In this document: in pieces, positions 1 through 9,224 of the stretch | Layout of the letters: every line of letters begins with the position of its first letter | Numbering within the stretch: the stretch's first letter is position 1 | Assembly (NCBI GenBank): GCA_964424485.1 | Contig: CAYRJB010000001.1 | Coordinates: forward strand, 9,595 to 64,700 | DNA: 55,106 bases | Reading direction: 5' to 3' | Origin: an uncultured Actinomycetes bacterium | GTDB taxonomy: Bacteria; Actinomycetota; Actinomycetes; Nanopelagicales; Nanopelagicaceae | Position numbers and translations under genes: made by a program | The notes under the pieces: generated by a model | What the model was told of the DNA's origin: nothing | The model's input: the letters and a program-made list of their open reading frames with translations, nothing else | Databases searched by the model: none

Positions 1-134
1 AAGTGGTTGAGGGCTGTGGCAATCGCGAGGAGCCCCGCATTGCTCTTCAATATCTTGCCTGCCACTTTAACGGCTCCAGAGACGAGCTTGAGTTTGGTTG
101 CTGCTGCTGCCAAACGGATCCAAAGTAACGCCAT
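1..134 (-). CDS. hypothetical protein, 5' end only (runs off the window edge)
   Basis: ATG at 134-132 has GAAGG 6 nt upstream, and the frame stays open to base 1 (MALLWIRLAAAATKLKLVSGAVKVAGKILKSNAGLLAIATALNH...). Only 44 codons are visible. A + strand frame (1..210) is also open, so the call is tentative. Confidence 0.3.
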   Translation of the reverse strand, partial: MALLWIRLAAAATKLKLVSGAVKVAGKILKSNAGLLAIATALNH

Positions 135-286
135 ATTTACCTTCTTTCATTTGTGGGAACTGGTTGGAATTGGTCTGGAATTGCTAGAGCAGAAGGTAGG
201 CAAGAACTGACATATGTGAATTTTCCCTAGCCTATGGTGTGGAAAGAGGGCGAGTGTGTACCCTCGCACGCGTGAGTAATGACGCC

Positions 287-2245
287 ATGACGCCAGAATC
301 AATCGACAATCTCGGATACGAAGAGCGAACTTTTCCTCCATCTCCAGCATTTGTCGCCCAAGCCAACGCGCAAGCTTCAATGTATGCAGAAGCAGAGAGT
401 GATCGCCTTGCATTCTGGGAGAAAGCAGCAAATCGCCTTCACTGGGATCAAAAATGGAACAAAGTTTTAGAGTGGGAAGTTCCATTCTCCAAATGGTTTG
501 TCGGTGGAAAACTCAATGCTTCATATAACTGTCTTGATCGCCATGTAAATGAAGGTCGGGGAGATCGCGTTGCCTATTATTTCGAAGGCGAACCAGGTGA
601 TACAAGAACTATTACTTATGCACAAATGTTGCATGATGTTAAGAAAGCTGCGAATGCTCTTCTTGAATTAGGAATTCAAGCTGGCGACCGTGTTGCAATT
701 TATATGCCAATGATTCCTGAAGCTGCGGTTGCAATGCTCGCATGTGCTCGAATTGGCGCCGCGCATTCTGTTGTCTTTGGTGGATTTTCTGCTGACTCGC
801 TACTAGCACGCATTCAAGATGCCGATGCAAAGTTAGTAATCACGGCTGACGGCGGATACCGTAAAGGAGCGGCATTTGCTCTTAAGCCCACAGTTGATGA
901 AGCTCTTCGTGGCGAGACCAATGTTAAAAATGTCTTAGTAGTTAAACGCACTGGACAAGAGACTGCCTTCGACGCAACGCGAGATATCTGGTGGCATGAA
1001 ATTGTTGATCGCCAAAGCGATGTACACGAAGCAGAAGCATTTGATTCCGAACAAGTGCTTTTCATCCTCTACACATCTGGCACAACTGCGAAACCAAAAG
1101 GTATTTTCCATACAACTGGTGGCTATCTCACGCAGACTTCTTTCACCCACAAAATGGTCTTTGATCTGAAGGATGAGAGTGATGTGTATTGGTGCACAGC
1201 TGACGTAGGTTGGATTACTGGCCACTCATATGTTGTTTATGGGCCGATGATTAATGGCGCTACTCAGGTGATGTATGAAGGAACTCCCGATTCTCCAACT
1301 AAGTCTCGTATGTTTGAGATTGTTGAGAAATATAAAGTTTCAATTCTCTACACAGCTCCAACTTTGATTCGCACGTGGATGAAGTGGGGTGAAGAGTTCC
1401 CTAATGGATGCGATCTCTCATCAATTCGACTTTTAGGTTCTGTTGGCGAACCTATTAATCCTGAAGCATGGATGTGGTACCGCGAAGTCATTGGCGGAAA
1501 TCGTGCGCCGATTGTTGATACATGGTGGCAGACTGAAACTGGAGCAATCATGATTTCTCCTTTGCCAGGTGTCACAGCTTGCAAACCGGGATCTGCGATG
1601 CGACCACTCCCAGGAATTGTTGGAAAATTATTTGATGACGCTGGCCATGAACTTGGCAATGGTCATGGTGGATATTTGGTTCTCACTGAACCTTGGCCAT
1701 CTATGTTGCGTGGGGTCTGGGGTGAGCCTGAACGCTATAAGGAAACGTATTGGTCACGCTTTGAAGGAAAATATTTCGCAGGTGACGGCGCCAAATTAGA
1801 TATTGATGGCGCAATTTGGTTACTTGGTCGCGTTGACGATGTGATGAATGTTTCTGGTCACCGCATCTCTACTACAGAAGTTGAATCTGCACTTGTTTCA
1901 CATGAAGCAGTTGCAGAAGCGGCGGTTGTTGGTGCCAAAGATGAAATGACAGGACAGGGAATCGTCGCATTCGTAATTCTTCGTGGTGGAGTTGATCATG
2001 CAACTGGTGCAGCTCTCGAGAAAGAACTAAAAGCTCACGTTGCAAAAGAAATTGGGGCTATTGCTCGTCCACGGCAAATTCTCGTTGTGAATGAATTGCC
2101 TAAAACTCGTTCCGGCAAAATTATGCGCCGACTACTTAGGGATGTCGCAGAGCATCGCGCGGTTGGTGATAGCACCACTTTGGCTGATCCAAACGTTATG
2201 AACTTGATCTCTGAAGGGTTAAAGACAGCAAAGCCGGAAGATTGA
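287..2245 (+). CDS. acs: acetyl-CoA synthetase (AMP-forming)
   Basis: AMP-binding motif YTSGTTAKPKG and C-terminal PKTRSGKIMRRLLRD. Near full-length similarity to actinobacterial Acs. The ORF opens at GTG 239, but ATG 287 (MTPESIDN..FPPS) matches homologue N-termini better. Confidence 0.95.
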   Translation: MTPESIDNLGYEERTFPPSPAFVAQANAQASMYAEAESDRLAFWEKAANRLHWDQKWNKVLEWEVPFSKWFVGGKLNASYNCLDRHVNEGRGDRVAYYFEGEPGDTRTITYAQMLHDVKKAANALLELGIQAGDRVAIYMPMIPEAAVAMLACARIGAAHSVVFGGFSADSLLARIQDADAKLVITADGGYRKGAAFALKPTVDEALRGETNVKNVLVVKRTGQETAFDATRDIWWHEIVDRQSDVHEAEAFDSEQVLFILYTSGTTAKPKGIFHTTGGYLTQTSFTHKMVFDLKDESDVYWCTADVGWITGHSYVVYGPMINGATQVMYEGTPDSPTKSRMFEIVEKYKVSILYTAPTLIRTWMKWGEEFPNGCDLSSIRLLGSVGEPINPEAWMWYREVIGGNRAPIVDTWWQTETGAIMISPLPGVTACKPGSAMRPLPGIVGKLFDDAGHELGNGHGGYLVLTEPWPSMLRGVWGEPERYKETYWSRFEGKYFAGDGAKLDIDGAIWLLGRVDDVMNVSGHRISTTEVESALVSHEAVAEAAVVGAKDEMTGQGIVAFVILRGGVDHATGAALEKELKAHVAKEIGAIARPRQILVVNELPKTRSGKIMRRLLRDVAEHRAVGDSTTLADPNVMNLISEGLKTAKPED

Positions 2246-2252
2246 TCGTTCT

Positions 2253-2771
2253 TTATACTTCGATTCTGAACCAGACTCGTACGGCTCGTTGCAACTCCTC
2301 ATAGCTTTTGAAGGGGCCAACTTTTTCGTAAACACCAACGCCATTCATATCCACAAATCTGGTCACTGGCACTCCCATTCCAAAAACGCCTTTGGTAAGG
2401 CTCTTAGGATCTCCAAGCTGTGGCCATGTCATCCCATTTTTAGCCATAAACGACGTTCCATCTGAAGGCTTGGTCTCAACGGCATCTATTCCAATTATCT
2501 GAACCTTTTTGGTCTTTGCTAATTTCACGAGAAGAGGAATCTCTTCACGACATGGTGCACACCAAGAGCCCCATACATTTACAAGTACTGGCCCTCGAAT
2601 CGATTGCCAAATATATGAACTCTTCCCATCAAGACACTTAAGTGTGATTCCCTTCTTAATTCTTGGATCAACAATGATTCCAGAGCATGAAGGAATTTTC
2701 GCAGCATGTGCAGGGGCTATCGATGGCGCTACAAGCAGCGCGGTGAAAATGATGACGAGAATTTTTTTCAT
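2253..2771 (-). CDS. secreted/membrane-anchored TlpA/ResA-like thioredoxin-fold thiol:disulfide oxidoreductase
   Basis: N-terminal signal/anchor (MKKILVIIFTALLVAPSIAPAHA) and redox motif WCAPC. Its start overlaps the nth stop (ATGA). Confidence 0.85.
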   Translation of the reverse strand: MKKILVIIFTALLVAPSIAPAHAAKIPSCSGIIVDPRIKKGITLKCLDGKSSYIWQSIRGPVLVNVWGSWCAPCREEIPLLVKLAKTKKVQIIGIDAVETKPSDGTSFMAKNGMTWPQLGDPKSLTKGVFGMGVPVTRFVDMNGVGVYEKVGPFKSYEELQRAVRVWFRIEV

Positions 2772-3514
2772 CTAAACGCTGAGTCCGGTTTCACTAGTTT
2801 CAATGCCTTCACTCTATCGGTCTCCCCAATTCCATATGAAGGACAAAGATCAATCAAGGGGCAGGCACCACATGCAGGTTTACGTGCATGACAAATTCTA
2901 CGCCCATGGTGAATTAACCTTTGTGAAAGTGTTGTCCAATCTTTTTGGGGAATGAGGCGGGAAACGTCCTCTTCAACTTTCACAGGATCGTTAGATGTAC
3001 TCCACTTAAATCTGCGCGAGAGTCTTCCAAAGTGAGTGTCAACAGTTATGCCCGGGACCCCAAAGGCATGGCCAAGAACAACATTTGCGGTTTTACGACC
3101 GACCCCGGGGAGAGTAATTAACTCTTCGAGGGTTGACGGGACTTCTCCCCCAAAATCACTCAACAATTTCTGAGAAAGTAAATGAATATTCCTCGCTTTA
3201 TTCTTATAAAAACCCGTAGTTCGGACCAACTCTTCTAGATCTATCAACTTTGCGGCTGCCATTTTCTTTGGTGTTGGATATTTTTTGAAGAGCGGTGGAG
3301 TAACCATATTGACTCTTTTATCCGTGCATTGCGCTGAAAGAACTGTTGCAACAACTAATTCAAACGGATTTCTAAAATCCAGTTCACAGTCTGCATTGGG
3401 ATATCGTTTTCCTAGCTTTTTATAGATTGCAATGGCAGCCTGCTTATCAGGTTTGTGTAGGGTTTTCGCTACTTTTTTCACTGCCATATGGCAATAATCC
3501 TTGAAATTTGTCAT
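2768..3514 (-). CDS. nth: endonuclease III (DNA glycosylase/AP lyase)
   Basis: HhH-GPD motif LPGVGRKTANVVL and 4Fe-4S ligand pattern C-x6-C-x2-C-x5-C (CHARKPACGACPLIDLC). An alternative start at 3487 is possible. Confidence 0.93.
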   Translation of the reverse strand: MTNFKDYCHMAVKKVAKTLHKPDKQAAIAIYKKLGKRYPNADCELDFRNPFELVVATVLSAQCTDKRVNMVTPPLFKKYPTPKKMAAAKLIDLEELVRTTGFYKNKARNIHLLSQKLLSDFGGEVPSTLEELITLPGVGRKTANVVLGHAFGVPGITVDTHFGRLSRRFKWSTSNDPVKVEEDVSRLIPQKDWTTLSQRLIHHGRRICHARKPACGACPLIDLCPSYGIGETDRVKALKLVKPDSAFR

Positions 3515-3541
3515 ATCGGCTAGTCGGAGTAATCTCCCCTT

Positions 3542-4231
3542 GTGGCTAAAGCAAATGACGATACAGTTTTTCGAAAGGCTCCCCTTTTCCGCGGTCTAGA
3601 TGATGATTCTGCTGCTTCTCTTCGCGGCACGATGACAATCGTGAAGGTAAACAAGGGACATACACTCTTTAAAGAGGGCGCAGAAGATGATCGCCTTTTC
3701 GTTGTTCTCGAAGGCAAACTCAAGCTTGGTAAAAGCTCAACTGATGGTCGCGAAAATCTCCTATCCATTCTTGGACCTGGCGAAATGTTTGGCGAGCTTT
3801 CACTTTTCGACCCTCAGCCTCGCACATCCACTGCTACCGCAGTGACTGATGCACGTCTCCTAGCCCTTTCGCACGAACAAGTAATTGGACTTGTAACCGC
3901 ACACCCACGCGTCGCCCTTGAATTGCTCAAGGCGCTTGCTCAGCGTTTGCGCCGCTCAAACGACACTCTCTCTGATCTTGTTTTCGCAGATGTGCCTGGT
4001 CGCGTGGCAAAAGCGATTATGGATCTCGGCGCTCGTTTTGGCGTCAAGAAGGAAGATGGCTTCTACGTCAATCACGAACTCACTCAAGAAGAATTGGCAC
4101 AACTCGTTGGCGCATCGCGCGAAACTGTCAATAAAGCTCTCGCTGACTTTGCATCACGTGGCTGGGTACGTCTTGAACCACGAGCAGTTGTAGTACTTGA
4201 CTACGATCGCCTTAATAAGCGCGGCAAGTAA
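3542..4231 (+). CDS. crp: Crp/Fnr-family cAMP-responsive transcriptional regulator (Crp/GlxR type)
   Basis: cNMP-binding domain (FGELSLFDPQPRTSTATA) and C-terminal HTH (ASRETVNKALADFASRGW). Closely resembles mycobacterial Crp. GTG start. Divergent from nth, as in other actinobacteria. Confidence 0.93.
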   Translation: MAKANDDTVFRKAPLFRGLDDDSAASLRGTMTIVKVNKGHTLFKEGAEDDRLFVVLEGKLKLGKSSTDGRENLLSILGPGEMFGELSLFDPQPRTSTATAVTDARLLALSHEQVIGLVTAHPRVALELLKALAQRLRRSNDTLSDLVFADVPGRVAKAIMDLGARFGVKKEDGFYVNHELTQEELAQLVGASRETVNKALADFASRGWVRLEPRAVVVLDYDRLNKRGK

Positions 4232-4236
4232 TACTT

Positions 4237-4968
4237 TTAGAAGATTTTTCGATCCAAAGCTTCACGAGCAGCTTCACGTCGATCGCTAACGCCTAGCGCC
4301 TGGTAGATGCGCATGGTTTCATGACGAATCGTGGAGACCGAGAAACCTAAATCGCTTGCAAGTTCGTGATTGGTTTTGCCCTCGACCATTCCTTGCAAAA
4401 TTTGAAGTTGACGCTGGGAGAAATCCGATCGAGATGCATTTGTTCGAGAGTTATTCATGGGTGGGTATGAGGTCATCAAGACTGTGCATGCGTAATGTCC
4501 CAAAGGTTGTGCGAGAATTTGGATAAGGGCAGCTGCTTCATTTTTCTCTGTAACCGCATTTGCAAAACCGACAGTTAACCAAGTGCGAGCGTGTCCACAA
4601 TCATCGATGCGTATCTGTAAATAGGTTGAATCTTGTGACCAACCGTATGCATCTGGACCGATTGAAATTTTGGAGACAGCATCCGTGCGGTTTTTGATTT
4701 CATTGAATGTCTGATGTGAGCCGGTGAGTGTGCGCTCAAAACCGAAATCGCCCACGAAGTAGAGATTGCCGTCGTCGTCCATATTTGCAATGCGAGCTTG
4801 AGTTGCGCCGAATGGATCAAAGTAATTGACAACAATTTCTCGAGCAAGCTGGTCTCCCGAAGGCTTATTTAAAAGCCATTTCATAAAATGAAAGACTGGA
4901 TGCTTTAACAGCTCTTCATGGCGAATGGACATAGCGCTTTCCCTCTCGTGCATCGTCATAAGTTTCAC
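4237..4968 (-). CDS. LuxR-family transcriptional regulator with an uncharacterised ~170-aa N-terminal domain
   Basis: C-terminal GerE/LuxR HTH (FSQRQLQILQGMVEGKTNHELASDLGFSVSTIRHETMRIYQALGV). I recognise no receiver or other domain in the N-terminus. The likely true start is ATG 4959 or 4953, after AAAGGGTGA. Confidence 0.8.
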   Translation of the reverse strand: MKLMTMHERESAMSIRHEELLKHPVFHFMKWLLNKPSGDQLAREIVVNYFDPFGATQARIANMDDDGNLYFVGDFGFERTLTGSHQTFNEIKNRTDAVSKISIGPDAYGWSQDSTYLQIRIDDCGHARTWLTVGFANAVTEKNEAAALIQILAQPLGHYACTVLMTSYPPMNNSRTNASRSDFSQRQLQILQGMVEGKTNHELASDLGFSVSTIRHETMRIYQALGVSDRREAAREALDRKIF

Positions 4969-5001
4969 CCTTTCAGAACATACCGACAGTCATGACCGCT
5001 T

Positions 5002-6564
5002 TTATGCAGTCACGCGAAGGGTAAGTTCGCGACCCTCAATCTTCAAGGGCAGGTGCGAGACGATTAGGACCCGCTTGTTCGCAAGGATACGGGCTACTCT
5101 CATCGATAGTCGATGCGCCATCTCCTCATCTAGGTACTCAAAAGGCTCATCAAGCAGGTAAATGTCGGACTGGCTTAAGAGGATACGGCCGAGTTTCAAC
5201 CGTTGCCTCTCGCCCCCTGAGAAGTTATATCCATACTCGCCCACATGTGTATCTAGTCCCTGAGGTAGCGAACGGATGAGATCGCCGAGCTCCATGGCAT
5301 CCAGTATTTCCCAAAGCTCGGTCTCGTCAGATGTTGGGGATGAAATTTTTAGATTCTCTCTGATTGAAGTCATGAAGAGATGATCATTTTGCAGGAGTGC
5401 AACAACATCGCCTTCGCAAACAACTTGGCCTTCATAGGGTATGAAATCCAAAATCGAATTAAGAATGGATGACTTTCCAGATCCACTTCTACCTGAAATG
5501 AGCAAAGGTATTCCAGGCTCTAAAGTGAAGGAGATTGGCTCAACTCGACCTATTACAGTTGATGGCAAGAGATTGACAACCTCAAGTCCCTTTAGACCAC
5601 TTTCGTTTATTGACTTGAATTGAGTAACCTCAATTTGTTCTAAATAAGGTGATAAGGATTTTGCTCTTTCTATAAGCAATTTGAAATTTGAAAATGCTGC
5701 ATAAAGTGCAGGGAGACCATCAAACATTGCGAGGGGCACTAAGGCTAAAACTGCGATGTTTACGCCCGCTAATTTTCCATTACTGGTTGCTTCACTCGCA
5801 TATGTAAGAGCCATTAAAACAGTAAACCCTAAAATAATATAGTGCGTCGCCTCGGCAATCCCAGCGGTCCTCGAGTTCCTAAGTTCTGTTTTTGAAATAC
5901 TTCTTTGAATCTCTGTCATTTGTTTTTGAATGGCGTCAGCTTCTCCGAAGACAAGAGACTCCTCGAGAGCATCGCAAGCTTGATGAAATTCATCATGCAT
6001 TTTCTTCTCATATTTCTGGGCTTTACCAGTGCCAGTTGAAATGGCCAAGATTGGAATGATTGTCATGACACAGAAGAAAATCACCGATAGAACACGGCCA
6101 AAACTAGGCTCTAGCCAAGAAATAATGCCTATTCCACTGACTCCAGCAATAAGCGCTGAAATCCAAGGTATAAATAGCCTCAACCATAGATCTTGAACAA
6201 GCTCCGAGTTGGCACCTATATCTTGAATCAATTGGCCGGATCTAACCCCCACTAATTGCCGAGTCTGGCGGGATTCTAAGGATTCGTAGATTTTTTGACG
6301 CAATACTGTTTGGATTGAAAGTGCTGCCTCATGTTCTTGAATTCTTCCAAAATATCTGACAACGCCTCTGCCTAAACCAAAAAAACGCACTGAAACTATA
6401 GCTACTTCTAAAACAAGGATCGGAGGTTGAGTTGAAGCCATGGAAATTAACCAAGAACTAGCTGCTAGAAGTCCTACCGACATCGAGAGAGAAACTCCCC
6501 CGATCAAACCTGCCAAAACGAGAACTGGGAGGCGAGGTACGATGAATCGAATGAATTTATTCAT
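5002..6564 (-). CDS. cydC: thiol reductant ABC exporter subunit CydC (permease-ATPase fusion)
   Basis: Six-TM domain plus NBD: Walker A GRSGSGKSS, signature FSGGERQRL, Walker B IYLLDEP. 4-nt overlap with cydD. Lies downstream of cydAB. Confidence 0.88.
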   Translation of the reverse strand: MNKFIRFIVPRLPVLVLAGLIGGVSLSMSVGLLAASSWLISMASTQPPILVLEVAIVSVRFFGLGRGVVRYFGRIQEHEAALSIQTVLRQKIYESLESRQTRQLVGVRSGQLIQDIGANSELVQDLWLRLFIPWISALIAGVSGIGIISWLEPSFGRVLSVIFFCVMTIIPILAISTGTGKAQKYEKKMHDEFHQACDALEESLVFGEADAIQKQMTEIQRSISKTELRNSRTAGIAEATHYIILGFTVLMALTYASEATSNGKLAGVNIAVLALVPLAMFDGLPALYAAFSNFKLLIERAKSLSPYLEQIEVTQFKSINESGLKGLEVVNLLPSTVIGRVEPISFTLEPGIPLLISGRSGSGKSSILNSILDFIPYEGQVVCEGDVVALLQNDHLFMTSIRENLKISSPTSDETELWEILDAMELGDLIRSLPQGLDTHVGEYGYNFSGGERQRLKLGRILLSQSDIYLLDEPFEYLDEEMAHRLSMRVARILANKRVLIVSHLPLKIEGRELTLRVTA

Positions 6565-8162
6565 CTGCCACCAACTTTGATTGTTTCATCCATCAATTTC
6601 TGTGTGAATGATCTATGAGATGATATTAAAACGATTTGATTTGATGACATCGATTGTTTTATCAATCGAGAGACATCGTCTTCAGTCACATCGTCGATGG
6701 AAGCAGTTGGTTCATCCAGTAAAACCAAATTAGCTTTTTTAGCTAAAGCCCGTAAGAGGGCTATTCGTCGACGTTGACCATAGGACATAGCATCAACCAG
6801 TGATCCCACTTGAGTGTTTAGACCCTGAGGGAGATCTTTTGCTTTAATTGAGACGCTGTCGAGCGTTAAGTTGCCGACATAGTCTCCAACTTTTCCAAAT
6901 CTAAAATGAGGATCTTGCGGCATCCATGAAATTAATTTTCGCCAAGAGGCTTTATCAATTTTTTCAAAGTCAAAATCACCATTTGAAGTTGAAATAACGA
7001 TGGTTCCAGAAGTGATTTTTGTGAAACCCAGTAGAGTAGAAATGAGCGTTGATTTACCCGATCCTGATGGTCCAACTACACCATAGATTTTCCCTGGCAT
7101 CAGCTGAGCTGCCGGAATAAATATTTCTTTTCTTCCATCAAACTTGACGACCAAATCACTCCATGAGATTGCCAAGAATCCGGATATTTTGACCTCACCA
7201 TTGATTGTTGGGGCGTCCAGAATCGAGAAGATGGAGGTTGAGGCTTGGAGTCCGTCTTCAGCAGCATGAAATAGGGCGGCGACCTGCCTTATCGGCCAAT
7301 AAACCTCTGGGGCCAAAATAAGTACAAGCAAACCTGTGCGTAAGGAAATATTGCCATCTACGAGCCTAATTCCAATGCTCACAGCCAATAGGGCAACAGA
7401 AAGAGTGGCGACTAATTCCAACGCCAACGAAGAGAGAAAAGAGATTCGAAGGACGCGCATCGTCTCTCTTCGATACTGATCGCCTATTTCACCCAATTTT
7501 TTTATTTGAAGTTTACTTCTTTTATAAATTTTTAAGGTAGTTAACCCAGTTAGTAGATCCAAAAAGTAGCTACTCAAGAAATGCAATGTGTTCAATTTTC
7601 TTGAAGTGGCAGCTGCCGTAAATTTGCCTATTAGAACACCAAAAAGTGGAATTAAAGGAATGGTAAGCAGAACAACTAATCCGCTCTTCCAATCTTCTCG
7701 AAATATCGCTAAGCCAACAATCAAAGGCACACAAGCTGCGACAAAGAGTTGGGGGATGAACTTGGTTAAGTAGCCATCTAGATGATTTATGCCTCGTGTG
7801 AGTAGGAGGGAAAGATTTGCTGATCCATAATTCTGCACAACCTTGTTCTCTCCGTAAAGCATACGATTTACCAATGATTCTCTTAATTCACTTTTTATCC
7901 TTGCACTGAAATAGCCGGCACTTAAATGGGAAATATAGGCAATTATCGCTCGGCAAATGAATACGCTTAAAAGAGTTCTAACTTGTGGAGTAAATTCTTG
8001 AATAACTAATTTCTCTTGAAAGAGTCCGATAATTATTCGCGTGAGAAGGTATGCCTGGGTGATAGATGCAATCGCTTGAGCTATCGAGAGAATGACAGCA
8101 AATAAAATAAATCCCCGGCTACTTCTTGAGTATCGAAGGAGCCGAGGATCTATTGGCTTCAC
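6561..8162 (-). CDS. cydD: thiol reductant ABC exporter subunit CydD (permease-ATPase fusion)
   Basis: TM domain plus NBD: Walker A GPSGSGKST, signature variant MSYGQRRR, Walker B LVLLDEPTASID. Positioned immediately after cydB. Confidence 0.88.
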   Translation of the reverse strand: MKPIDPRLLRYSRSSRGFILFAVILSIAQAIASITQAYLLTRIIIGLFQEKLVIQEFTPQVRTLLSVFICRAIIAYISHLSAGYFSARIKSELRESLVNRMLYGENKVVQNYGSANLSLLLTRGINHLDGYLTKFIPQLFVAACVPLIVGLAIFREDWKSGLVVLLTIPLIPLFGVLIGKFTAAATSRKLNTLHFLSSYFLDLLTGLTTLKIYKRSKLQIKKLGEIGDQYRRETMRVLRISFLSSLALELVATLSVALLAVSIGIRLVDGNISLRTGLLVLILAPEVYWPIRQVAALFHAAEDGLQASTSIFSILDAPTINGEVKISGFLAISWSDLVVKFDGRKEIFIPAAQLMPGKIYGVVGPSGSGKSTLISTLLGFTKITSGTIVISTSNGDFDFEKIDKASWRKLISWMPQDPHFRFGKVGDYVGNLTLDSVSIKAKDLPQGLNTQVGSLVDAMSYGQRRRIALLRALAKKANLVLLDEPTASIDDVTEDDVSRLIKQSMSSNQIVLISSHRSFTQKLMDETIKVGGR

Positions 8163-8171
8163 AGTTTGATT

Positions 8172-9212
8172 CTAATTGATGTTATCAAGCACGCCAGCAT
8201 CTGCGTGGACAATTTGATTTGGATTTACGCGCTTACGGAAAATCCAATAAGTCCAGCCTTGGTATACGAGGACCACTGGGGTGAGCACCAAAGCAACGAT
8301 TGTCATCACCTTTAATGTGTATTGAGTACTCGAGGCGTTAAAGATGGTCAAATTAAATTCAGTGCTAATCGAACTAGGCATCACGTTTGGATACATAGAC
8401 AGGAACAAAGTTATAACGGTGAGACCTGTGGTTATCGCAGAGAATACAAATGCCCAACCTTCGCGACCCTTGAGATTTGCAGCAAGAGCAAGTACCCAAA
8501 AGACAACTGCCGATGCAGCGCCTGCAAGCACTATGGCTTTATGCGAAACTGAAATTGCAGTCCAAATGAAGAAGAGAACAGCGGAAACGGCAGTTACTAA
8601 TCCTGCTTTCTGTCCAAGTACGTTTGCGCGCACCCGAATCTCCCCATCTGTCTTCAACGCTAAGAAGAATGCGCCGTGTGCAACCATCAAGAAGAGCGTT
8701 GTTACTCCACCTAGGAGAGCGTATGGATTCAATAGATTGAAGAATCCACCGGTGTATTCGATTGCACCACTTGCAGATTTTTCTAGTGGGACACCTTTGA
8801 TGATATTTGCAAAAGCCACACCCCAAAGCAACGCGGGGATGAAACTTGAAACAACAATGGCTAGATCCCACTTATCTCGCCATTCTGGCTTTCCATACTT
8901 ACTGCGGTATTCGAAAGCTACCCCACGAACAATGAGTGAAATCAGAATCAGAAAGAGTGGCAAATAGAAGCCAGAGAACAACGTTGCATACCAATTTGGA
9001 AACGCAGCAAACGTTGCGCCGCCTGCAACCAGTAACCAGACCTCGTTTCCATCCCACACAGGACCGAGAGTTGTTAATACTGCTCGTCGCTCTGCCTGAT
9101 TTTTTGAAACTATTTTTAAGAGGATTCCGACTCCAAAATCAAAGCCCTCAAGAATGAAATAGCCGACCCAGAGGACGACAATCAAGGTAAACCATAGAGA
9201 ATTGAATGACAT
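8172..9212 (-). CDS. cydB: cytochrome bd ubiquinol/menaquinol oxidase subunit II
   Basis: Typical CydB N-terminus (LWFTLIVVLWVGYFILEGFDFGVG) and a polytopic membrane protein. Follows cydA by 12 nt. Confidence 0.93.
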   Translation of the reverse strand: MSFNSLWFTLIVVLWVGYFILEGFDFGVGILLKIVSKNQAERRAVLTTLGPVWDGNEVWLLVAGGATFAAFPNWYATLFSGFYLPLFLILISLIVRGVAFEYRSKYGKPEWRDKWDLAIVVSSFIPALLWGVAFANIIKGVPLEKSASGAIEYTGGFFNLLNPYALLGGVTTLFLMVAHGAFFLALKTDGEIRVRANVLGQKAGLVTAVSAVLFFIWTAISVSHKAIVLAGAASAVVFWVLALAANLKGREGWAFVFSAITTGLTVITLFLSMYPNVMPSSISTEFNLTIFNASSTQYTLKVMTIVALVLTPVVLVYQGWTYWIFRKRVNPNQIVHADAGVLDNIN

Positions 9213-9224
9213 TTTTTTCGCCTC

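Noticed and set aside
165-184. Direct repeat TGGAATTG twice at 11-bp spacing upstream of acs
   Set aside because: Exact 8-mers repeated at short range are expected several times by chance in 55 kb, and there is no supporting context.
7-210. 67-aa + strand ORF at the window start (frame open from base 1)
   Set aside because: It uses several codons that are rare in the confident genes (AGG, many TTG), and the sequence is not protein-like. The minus-strand partial ORF with a GAAGG RBS seems at least as likely. The question is unresolved.
6561-8162. Non-canonical ABC signature MSYGQ in CydD as a sign of a pseudo-site
   Set aside because: CydD proteins commonly deviate from LSGGQ at this position (as I recall, the E. 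coli protein reads LSVGQ), so this is a family trait rather than a local oddity.
8344-8967. 207-aa ORF on the + strand inside cydB
   Set aside because: It is antisense to a gene with unmistakable CydB similarity. Its translation is low-complexity (Pro/Arg/Ala/Thr-rich) and resembles no known family. It is a typical shadow ORF.
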